35,158 bases of DNA from the sequence record SRR22947727_1910. One strand, given 5' to 3'. The notes beneath the pieces were generated by a model that had not been told where the DNA came from, searched no databases, and saw only the letters and a list, made by a program, of their open reading frames with translations. Numbering within the stretch: the first letter of the stretch is position 1; each line of letters opens with the position of its first letter. A program made the translations under genes and the position numbers. This document shows, piece by piece, positions 27,626 to 35,158 of the stretch.

Positions 27626-29956
27626 ATGATGAACGATCTTAATTTACCTGTTTTCCTCGCTGAATTTCTTGCGAAATCAGCCATCGTGGTGGCACTCGGT
27701 TTTACATTTGCTGCGGCTGTTCGAAGCCTCGCACCCGCTTTGAAACACGGCCTGTGGCTTCGCGTTTTTGCCGCAAGTTTGGCGATTCCGCTGCTGCTGT
27801 TGGTGTTTCCCCGTTGGGAAATTTTGCCAAGTCTAACTGAGACCCCAGCGCCCGTCACTGAACCGCTTGCTGCTGTCGATTCACCGATGATCTACACATC
27901 CACCTTCACACCGGAAGGTGGAGTGATCATTCCTACCCCGCCCAATCGATTGGAGTTTTCCTGGCCGTGGATTCTCTTTTCAGTTTGGGGAATCGGCGTT
28001 GTGTTTTGGATCTTTCGTTCGTTCGCGGCCAGCGCATTTTTGCGAAAAATCGAACGGAGCGCTCGTCATCCGGATTCGGGTTTGCTCGAAAAATTCACAG
28101 CGCTGAAACAATCGGTCGGCGCGAAGCAGCCGGTCACGCTGCTGATTTCTCCGCTCGTGAAATCGCCTTTTACGTGGGGGCTCACCAGCCCACGGATCGC
28201 ACTGCCGGAATCGGCGGGGGATTTTCCTGAAGCTGATATCGAAATGATTTTGCTTCACGAGCTCGAACACGTCCGCCGCCGCGATGCGCTTGCGGTGCTG
28301 ATTTCGCGGATGTTTTTCGCAATGAACTGGGTCAATCCTCCTGCCTGGCTTGCGATTCGTGAAACAACGAGTCTTCGCGAAGAAGCCTGCGATCGTCGTG
28401 TCCTGAGTTCAGGTCACGCTTCCGAGAGCTATGCCGAGATGCTTTTTCGACAGGCAAAGACCGCCTCCAATCCCTATTTACAAACCTGTGCCACCGCCGT
28501 GGCCGAAACCGGAACCATAGAAAAACGTATCCAAATGATCCTGAATAACCATCTCCAACCCATTCGCGAAAAATCATCCCTCGTGTCCCGGCTTTGCGGG
28601 ATCGCGATTTTGTTCGCTATTTTTGTGATCGGAATCTCCGGGTGTTCTGACAGCGAATCGAAAGTCTTCGATGCCAAAACGATCTCAGATCTGCCTGGCC
28701 AGGACAGCGAAGCGATTGTCATAATCGAGCAGAAGCTCAAAGAGATAATCGTTCCTTCCGTGAAGTTTTCAGATACGCTACTAAAGGACGCATTGGCGTT
28801 TCTCCAGCAGCGTTCCGTCGAACTGGATGTCAACGAACCCGATCCTGCAAAGAAAGGATTCAACATTATTTCAAATGTTGGGAGTATTGAAGACGCCCGT
28901 ATCACATTACACCTCACAAACGTCCCGATCGGCGAAGCTCTCCGTTACACGGCCTCATTGGCGCAATTGAAATACAAAGTTGAGCCAAACGCCGTAGTGG
29001 TCATTCCACTTTCAACCAAAACTTCCGAGCTTTACACGAATAGCTATCAGGTTCCACCAACATTTCATAAGAGTGGGAATTCAAACTCGGAAACGGCCAT
29101 TGAAATTCTCGAAGAAGCCGGAATTACTTTTCCACCAGGCGGAAGTGCGATCTATAACGCGAAAAATTCTCAACTTATCGTTCGGAATACGAGTGATCAA
29201 ATGGAGCTTGTTGAGGCTTTTCTTGATTCCCTCACGCCCCAGATCCCCGAAACTGCAGTCAGTCCTGAGATCGAAGCTTATCTCAAGAAGATCGAATCCA
29301 TCACCCTACCGTCTGTGGAATTCGTCGATACGCCGATCATGGATGCGGTCGCGTTTCTTCAATCGCGTTCAGTCGAGTTGGACACTCTGGAAACGGATCC
29401 TGCAAAAAAGGGCATTAACATCGTTGTTGCCGCAGGCAAAATTCGCGACACCAGGTTGAATCTCAGATTAGTCAATGTCCCCCTCAGTGAAGCACTGCGC
29501 TACACCGCCGAGTTGGCTGGTGGCGGATTCAAGGTCGACGAATCGGCCGTAGTCATCGGCTACGAAAAGTCGACCCCTCGCCCCCCAAAAGAAGATTCAG
29601 ATGCAAATGCGAAGATTGCGGCAAATGAAAAGAAATTGGCCTTGATCATCATCCCGAAGATCGACTTTCACGGCACGCCGTTTACCGACGCCTTGCAATT
29701 TCTTCAGCAGCGTTCCGTCGAACTCGACACCGAATCCGATCCATCGAAAAAAGGAATCAATGTTGTTTTGAACGGTTCTGCGGATGCCTTGATTACACTC
29801 AAACTCGCCAACGTGCCGCTGTCCGAAGCTCTGAAATACACCTGCCAACTCGCGAGAATGGAATACAAAGTCGAGTCTCACAAGATTCTGATCAGCCCCG
29901 AAAAAAAGTCGAGAGCGAAATCGGAAGAGACGGTCGCAGATCCCTTTGCCCAATAA
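27626..29956 (+). CDS. BlaR1-like M56 metallopeptidase fused to repeated secretin N-terminal-like domains
   Basis: SPFTWG..P.I.LP, HELEH, WVNP, REEACD, KRIQMI; three copies of I..P.V.F.DT...DA..FLQ.RSVELD...DP.KKG.N...L.L.NVP..EAL.Y. Confidence 0.85.
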   Translation: MMNDLNLPVFLAEFLAKSAIVVALGFTFAAAVRSLAPALKHGLWLRVFAASLAIPLLLLVFPRWEILPSLTETPAPVTEPLAAVDSPMIYTSTFTPEGGVIIPTPPNRLEFSWPWILFSVWGIGVVFWIFRSFAASAFLRKIERSARHPDSGLLEKFTALKQSVGAKQPVTLLISPLVKSPFTWGLTSPRIALPESAGDFPEADIEMILLHELEHVRRRDALAVLISRMFFAMNWVNPPAWLAIRETTSLREEACDRRVLSSGHASESYAEMLFRQAKTASNPYLQTCATAVAETGTIEKRIQMILNNHLQPIREKSSLVSRLCGIAILFAIFVIGISGCSDSESKVFDAKTISDLPGQDSEAIVIIEQKLKEIIVPSVKFSDTLLKDALAFLQQRSVELDVNEPDPAKKGFNIISNVGSIEDARITLHLTNVPIGEALRYTASLAQLKYKVEPNAVVVIPLSTKTSELYTNSYQVPPTFHKSGNSNSETAIEILEEAGITFPPGGSAIYNAKNSQLIVRNTSDQMELVEAFLDSLTPQIPETAVSPEIEAYLKKIESITLPSVEFVDTPIMDAVAFLQSRSVELDTLETDPAKKGINIVVAAGKIRDTRLNLRLVNVPLSEALRYTAELAGGGFKVDESAVVIGYEKSTPRPPKEDSDANAKIAANEKKLALIIIPKIDFHGTPFTDALQFLQQRSVELDTESDPSKKGINVVLNGSADALITLKLANVPLSEALKYTCQLARMEYKVESHKILISPEKKSRAKSEETVADPFAQ

Positions 29957-29966
29957 ATTCCAGCGG

Positions 29967-30012
29967 CACGGATCGACAGGGCTGATTCGATGAACAGACC
30001 CTGTTGTTTCGT
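29967..30012. repeat. Palindromic REP-like doublet (locus E)
   Basis: cacggatcGACAGGGctgattc-GAT-gaacagaCCCTGTTgtttcgt. Confidence 0.8.
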
Positions 30013-30100
30013 TAAAATGCGTTTTATCGGATCAGGCAAAATCTGTGCATTCCACATTCGCGGTATTGCTTCGCTTGCGAAAATTCGGCACGCTTTGTTA

Positions 30101-30937
30101 ATGAAAAAACTGATTCCCATTTTTGTGGCTTTGGCCGTTGCATTGACTTCCGCGCAGGGCGGTGAGTGGAAAACGCTCTTTGATGGAAAATCTCTCGATG
30201 GCTGGAAAGGGCTTGATTTCTGGAGTGTGAAAGACGGAACGATTTTTGGTGAAACGACGGAAGCGAAGCCGACCAAGGGAAACACGTTTCTGATTCTTCA
30301 GGACGAAGTGGTGACTGATTTTGAGTTCACTTGCCAGGTGAAATTCGGCGGGAATAATTCGGGCGTGATGTATCGGTCGAACACTGTCGATGAAGCGAAT
30401 TTTGTGATGGCTGGTTATCAGGCTGACCTTCACCCAAAAGCTGAGTATTTTGGAATGCTTTACGGCGAGAAATTTGGCAAACGCGGGATCGTTGCTCAGC
30501 GTGGTCAGCGAGTCGTCACGAAGGCAGATGGATCGAAAGCAGTTGTCAACGCGATTGGTGATGACGCAAAACTGGTCGATACGGAGTGGAATGAATTGCG
30601 TGTCGTGGCCGTTGGAGATCGCATTCTACATTTTGTGAACGGCCAGATCACAATGGACCTCACCGAGAATCACCCGGACGCGATTGCCAAAGGCCAGATT
30701 GGTCTTCAGCTCCATGCTGGCCCTGCGATGTGGGTGAATTTTAAGGATCTGAAGCTACGTCACCTCGAAGGCGACGAAGCAAAGGCAGTGCTTGCTGAAG
30801 GAGTTGCTATTTCTGACAAGTCCGCGAAACCAGCACCAAAACCGATCCCCGCAAAAGGTAAGGGGAAGGGCAAAGGAAAAGCAGGGAAGAAAGCGGCTGC
30901 AGCGCCGGCTCAAAAAAAAACGACACAGCGTGGCTGA
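30101..30937 (+). CDS. DUF1080 (3-keto-disaccharide hydrolase-like) domain; probably the 5' part of a frameshifted fusion
   Basis: Signal peptide, LFDGKSLDGW, NSGVMYR, GYQAD, WNE, GQIGLQLH, FKDL; K/G/A-rich linker ending at an A9 run. Confidence 0.88.
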   Translation: MKKLIPIFVALAVALTSAQGGEWKTLFDGKSLDGWKGLDFWSVKDGTIFGETTEAKPTKGNTFLILQDEVVTDFEFTCQVKFGGNNSGVMYRSNTVDEANFVMAGYQADLHPKAEYFGMLYGEKFGKRGIVAQRGQRVVTKADGSKAVVNAIGDDAKLVDTEWNELRVVAVGDRILHFVNGQITMDLTENHPDAIAKGQIGLQLHAGPAMWVNFKDLKLRHLEGDEAKAVLAEGVAISDKSAKPAPKPIPAKGKGKGKGKAGKKAAAAPAQKKTTQRG

Positions 30938-33915
30938 AGTCGGGTGAGAAGCCACAGTGGATTTGGAATGAAAGAAATGCCGGGAAGAAACTTTGGCTGC
31001 GTCATGAGTTTGAGATTCCCGCTGACGTAAAGTCGGCGACGATTTACGCGACTTGCGACAACGGTGCGACGTTGTTCCTGAACGGCGAGAAAATCGGCGA
31101 ATGCCCCGATTGGTATTTTCCGATTCATCGCAGCGGATTGGAAAAGTTGCTTAAAAAGGGTACCAATACGATTGCCGCTTCAGCAACCAACGAGGGTGAC
31201 GTTGCTGCATTCATCCTTCGATTGGATATCGAAACCACTGACGGTAAGAAACTGACCGTCACGTCGAAGGCCGCCGGTTGGAAAGGCACAAATACAAAGC
31301 CTGCTGATGGTTGGGAAAAAGCGGGATTCGATAGTCCCGCGTGGAGTGAAAAACTGAAATCGTTTGGCGAAATCGGCATCGGTCCGTGGGGAATTCCAAA
31401 TGGCACGAAAGGTAGCGGGGGAGGTCGTACGCCACAGAAAAAAAGTCCGATCGAATCGGAAGACATCACGGTTGCAGAGGGCTTCAAGGTCGAGTTGCTC
31501 TATACCGTTCCCCGAGACGAACAGGGCTCGTGGGTATCGCTAACGAAAGATCCGAAGGGCCGATTTTATTCCTGCGATCAGGGAAAACAGGGGCTTTTTC
31601 GCATTACTGTTAGTGGTGCCGAAACTGAGGTTGAAAAAATTGAACTTGATGGTTTAAGCGGTGCGCAAGGTTTGGAATGGGCATTCGGTGGATTGTATTT
31701 CAACAAAAATGGCGGCGTTCTCTACAAGCTGACGGATTCCGATGGTGACGACAAATTGGACAAAATCGAAGAGCTGCCGAATGGAACGGGGGGCGGCGAG
31801 CATGGCAATCACGCGGTCACGCTCACGCCGGATGGCAAGGGGCTTTTTCTTGATGGGGGAAACCACGCACCAATACCGCCGGAAGAATCGATTACGCGGA
31901 AACGAGTGCAGTCGTGGGATGAGGATTTGCTGCTTCCCCGCCAATGGGATGCACGCGGTCATGCGCGCGGGAAGCTTGCGCCGGGCGGCTGGGTTTCGCG
32001 TTTTGACCCCGAAGCAAAAACGCACGATATCATTTCGACCGGTTATCGAAATCAGTATGACGTCGCCCTAAATTCTATGGGTGATTTGTTTACCTATGAC
32101 GCAGACATGGAGTGGGATCTCGGCATGCCGTGGTACCGCCCGACGCGGATCAATTTCGTGGTGAGCGGTTCCGATTACGGCTGGCGCTCAGGTTCAGGAA
32201 AATGGCCAAGCTACTACGAAGACTCGCTGCCGCCCGTTGTTGAGATCGGCCCCGGCTGCCCGACCGGAGTTGTCACGGGAGTCAGGACAAAATTCCCGAC
32301 GAAATATCAGGAAGCGATCTACGCGCTCGATTGGACCTTTGGCACGATTTACGTGATTCATCTCGAAGCAGACGGCGCTGGTTACAAAGGAAAAGCTGAG
32401 CCGTGGGTTTATGGATCGCCGCTTCCGGTTACCGATGCGGAAATCGGGGATGATGGGAATTTCTATTTTCTGATCGGTGGACGGAATACGCAGTCGGCGT
32501 TCTATCGGGTGAGTTATGTGGGAGACACTAAAACCGCATCAATCAAAGTGACATCTGCTAGTGACGCAGTGAATACGAGAAACGCGTTGGAAGTATTCCA
32601 CGGTGTCGAAGATACCAAAGCCGTCGAAGAAGCTTGGCCATATCTCTCAAGTGAAGACCGTTTTCTCCGCCACGCCGCCCGTGTCGCGATCGAATCACAA
32701 CCAGTCGATCAATGGGCTGAGCAAGTTGTAACAGAATCAGATCCACAGGCCAAAATCACTGCAGCCGTTGCGCTCGCGAGGATGGGTGACTCCGAAAAAC
32801 ACCGAGCTGGGCTGACGGCTGCCTTGGTTTCTCTTGATTCGGATAAACTAACGGCTCCACAGCTTCTCGGACTGCTTCGTGCTTACGCTCTGGATTTCAT
32901 CCGGCTCGGAAAGCCAACTCGCACGGAAACTGCGCAAATCATCTCGGAGCTTGATCCGCTTTTACCTTCGGAAAATAATGATGTGAACACCGAGTTGATT
33001 CGTGTTCTCACCTATCTCGAAGCACCGAGCGTGGTTCCGAAAACGATGAAGCTCATTACGGAGCGAGGCGAAACCGAAGTTCCTGATTGGACCGAGCTAG
33101 CAAGCCGAAACCCAAGTTACGGTGGCACCATTTTGAAGGTGCTCGAAAATCATCCGCCGTCTCGCGAGATCAATTATGCCTTCATGCTGCGTAATACCCG
33201 CAGGGGCTGGACAACGGAAACGCGCCGTCAGTATTTCGAGTTTTTGAACGAAGCCGCGAAGTTTTCGGGTGGCGCGAGTTATCCCGGTTTCCTTGCCAAC
33301 ATCCGCACTGAAGCCCTCGGAAATTGCAGCGATGCCGACCGAGCCGCGGTTGCAGAAATCACCGGCGAAGATTTCAATCCCAAGCCTGATTTTGAAATCA
33401 AACAGCCCGTCGGCCCCGGTCGGGTATGGACTCTCGCGGAAGCAAACGCCGAAATTGGGAATCGCGGAAAAGGCCGCAGTTTCGAAAGAGGACGGAATTT
33501 GTTTCACGCCACCGCTTGTGCGGCCTGCCATCGTTTCGACGGACTCGGCGGAGCGATTGGACCAGATCTCACGAGTGTGAAAAACAAGTTCGATCGGAAA
33601 TATCTCATCGAATCTATTATCGATCCGAGCAAAACTATTTCCGACCAATACGGCTCTTCAATGGTGACGCTGAAGAACGGCAAGGCCCATACCGGCCTCG
33701 CGGTTGAGAACGGCGAGGACTTCGCGATTTACCCACCTGACGCGACTGCCGAGCCGATCAAAGTCAAAACCGCTGAGGTGGCCAAAGTCGATCAAGTCCC
33801 GGTTTCGCAAATGCCACCGGGCCTGATCAATACGCTGAATCCCGAAGAACTTGCAGATCTCGTCGCCTACCTCATGAGCGGTGGCGATGCGAATAACAAG
33901 GCTTTCAAGGAGTGA
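30919..33915 (+). CDS. PVC-type haem-c membrane-bound dehydrogenase-like protein (beta-sandwich, propeller, HEAT, CxxCH); 3' part of the fusion
   Basis: Frame is open from the A9 run (QWIW...ATCDNG..LFLNG); GFKVELLY, EHGNH, GYRNQYD, DMEWD, CAACH, GPDLT, SQMP. Confidence 0.85.
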   Translation, partial: NDTAWLKSGEKPQWIWNERNAGKKLWLRHEFEIPADVKSATIYATCDNGATLFLNGEKIGECPDWYFPIHRSGLEKLLKKGTNTIAASATNEGDVAAFILRLDIETTDGKKLTVTSKAAGWKGTNTKPADGWEKAGFDSPAWSEKLKSFGEIGIGPWGIPNGTKGSGGGRTPQKKSPIESEDITVAEGFKVELLYTVPRDEQGSWVSLTKDPKGRFYSCDQGKQGLFRITVSGAETEVEKIELDGLSGAQGLEWAFGGLYFNKNGGVLYKLTDSDGDDKLDKIEELPNGTGGGEHGNHAVTLTPDGKGLFLDGGNHAPIPPEESITRKRVQSWDEDLLLPRQWDARGHARGKLAPGGWVSRFDPEAKTHDIISTGYRNQYDVALNSMGDLFTYDADMEWDLGMPWYRPTRINFVVSGSDYGWRSGSGKWPSYYEDSLPPVVEIGPGCPTGVVTGVRTKFPTKYQEAIYALDWTFGTIYVIHLEADGAGYKGKAEPWVYGSPLPVTDAEIGDDGNFYFLIGGRNTQSAFYRVSYVGDTKTASIKVTSASDAVNTRNALEVFHGVEDTKAVEEAWPYLSSEDRFLRHAARVAIESQPVDQWAEQVVTESDPQAKITAAVALARMGDSEKHRAGLTAALVSLDSDKLTAPQLLGLLRAYALDFIRLGKPTRTETAQIISELDPLLPSENNDVNTELIRVLTYLEAPSVVPKTMKLITERGETEVPDWTELASRNPSYGGTILKVLENHPPSREINYAFMLRNTRRGWTTETRRQYFEFLNEAAKFSGGASYPGFLANIRTEALGNCSDADRAAVAEITGEDFNPKPDFEIKQPVGPGRVWTLAEANAEIGNRGKGRSFERGRNLFHATACAACHRFDGLGGAIGPDLTSVKNKFDRKYLIESIIDPSKTISDQYGSSMVTLKNGKAHTGLAVENGEDFAIYPPDATAEPIKVKTAEVAKVDQVPVSQMPPGLINTLNPEELADLVAYLMSGGDANNKAFKE

Positions 33916-35062
33916 TTCCAAACTCCGACAGCTCAATCGTCTGAAATATCATGTCGGCCCGCGAGGATTCGTAGAGAATTCCGAGCGTGTCATCATCCAC
34001 CATTACGAGGGAGCTGTAGGCTCCGCCTTTTTCATCGAGCAGGATTTTTTTATCGTCCGGCCAAGTTTTTCCATCGTCAAAACTGACCCGCACGGTCATT
34101 TTTGCGCGCTTTGTTTTACTGTTCGGATTCGAGAAGAATAAAACCCGCTTGCCGTCTTTCAGCGTGTGACTGATCAGGCTAGCCATGCAGACCGGTTCGG
34201 GTAACGCGCCGTGATCCGACGCATGGACCGTCCAATTCTTTCCAAAATCGGAGGTAATACGAACCGCTCGACCATTCGTTTCCGATTTGTCTGAACGATT
34301 TCGATTGTCCCGAATGTTAAGCATCAGCGAACCATCGCTCAGTTCGGCGACGGCACACTCCGAGGTGTTTCGCGTCGCCGCAGTCGAAAGCGTCCACGTT
34401 TTTCCGTGATCTTTACTCCACATTAAATTCGAAAACGGCTCCCCTTTCTCGTCCCGCCCCTGTGTCGGCATCACCAGGGTGCCGTCTTTCAGCGCAATGC
34501 CATTCCCCGGAGCAGGGGCAAAAAGATACCACTTCGGATCTTTCAAACGCTTCGTCCAATTCTCCGTTTTCGACCACGTCTTCCCCTCATCATTTGATCG
34601 CACCATCATGAACTGTGTCGATTTTTCAATCTCGTGTCCCGGTCCCGATCCATTCCCGCGCCATTGATGCGTATCCGGCTTTCCATGCGTCCACAAGGCC
34701 GAAACGATGATCTCTCCTGTCGCTGGATCGACCAAAATATTTGGATCCGAGCATCCGTTTAAATCCTGGCCAAGCCCGCCGAATTCACCCATGTCCATGA
34801 TTGCGCAGGGCGCTACCCACGTCTTTCCGCCGTCTGTAGAGCGCGAAAGCCCAATGTCCATGTGCCCCTGCAAATCACGTCTGCTGGTGTAACGCATATC
34901 ATAAGTCGCCAGTAAAGTTCCGTCATTGGTTCGAGCAATCGCCGGAATCCGAAAGGTGTGGCAATCGGCATCGCCTTGTTTGTGAATAACGACGAACGGG
35001 CGCTCTTCAGCGAAGGCTGAACCAAAAAGAGAAATAAAAATCGAGAAGAACAAGAATTTCAT
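33905..35062 (-). CDS. Exo-alpha-sialidase (GH33)
   Basis: FRIP motif, Asp boxes (STDGGKTW, SNDEGKTW, SKDHGKTW, SFDDGKTW), AYSSL, ILYE; signal peptide. Confidence 0.93.
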   Translation of the reverse strand: MKFLFFSIFISLFGSAFAEERPFVVIHKQGDADCHTFRIPAIARTNDGTLLATYDMRYTSRRDLQGHMDIGLSRSTDGGKTWVAPCAIMDMGEFGGLGQDLNGCSDPNILVDPATGEIIVSALWTHGKPDTHQWRGNGSGPGHEIEKSTQFMMVRSNDEGKTWSKTENWTKRLKDPKWYLFAPAPGNGIALKDGTLVMPTQGRDEKGEPFSNLMWSKDHGKTWTLSTAATRNTSECAVAELSDGSLMLNIRDNRNRSDKSETNGRAVRITSDFGKNWTVHASDHGALPEPVCMASLISHTLKDGKRVLFFSNPNSKTKRAKMTVRVSFDDGKTWPDDKKILLDEKGGAYSSLVMVDDDTLGILYESSRADMIFQTIELSEFGITP

Positions 35063-35105
35063 GGAAAGACAAAATGAGCCATCTCATTGATTTTATCCAG
35101 ATCCA

Positions 35106-35125
35106 TTTTCACGAACCAACAGGGC
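35106..35125 (+). repeat. Single half-copy of the dispersed repeat (locus G)
   Basis: ttttcacgaaccAACAGGGc matches ttttcacgatccaacagggt of locus D at 18 of 20 positions. Confidence 0.6.
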
Positions 35126-35158
35126 GAGAAGCTGGCTCGCCAGCGGTCTGAGGATTCT

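Noticed and set aside
29990-30100. N-terminal extension MNRPCCFV of the DUF1080 ORF
   Set aside because: That ATG comes from repeat locus E; ATG 30101 gives a clean signal peptide.
30085-30100. Sigma54 promoter at cGGCACGctttgtta
   Set aside because: No GC at the -12 position, and it abuts the start codon.

Overview
A bacterial chromosomal window, most likely Verrucomicrobiota/PVC (inferred from the PVC-type haem-c dehydrogenase, DUF1080 and the verrucomicrobial secretin-like domains). It holds about 22 protein genes: a gspG / S1 protease / DUF3352-like / FG-GAP / orphan RND cluster, a ceramidase-like hydrolase, D-TA/DSD1 plus RidA, punA, an FAD oxidoreductase, rpoN, miaB, two deiodinase-like paralogues (one decayed), an NPCBM metallopeptidase divergent from blaI-blaR(M56), a frameshift-split DUF1080/haem protein and a GH33 sialidase. 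No rRNA, tRNA, CRISPR array or transposase was recognised. Main unexplained signals: (1) a dispersed REP/BIME-like mosaic repeat (half-unit ~CACGAWSSAAYAGGGTHHGTTC) at 7 loci, as inverted doublets with a GAT centre or as tandem halves with 22/32-bp spacing, which supplies start/stop codons and an N-terminus to host genes and sits at a gene truncation point; (2) a BlaR1-like M56 sensor whose exported part is made of repeated secretin N-terminal-like domains, with twin palindromic operators; (3) an A9 slippery site joining two ORFs; (4) a structured 5' leader and a sigma54-like site upstream of rpoN.
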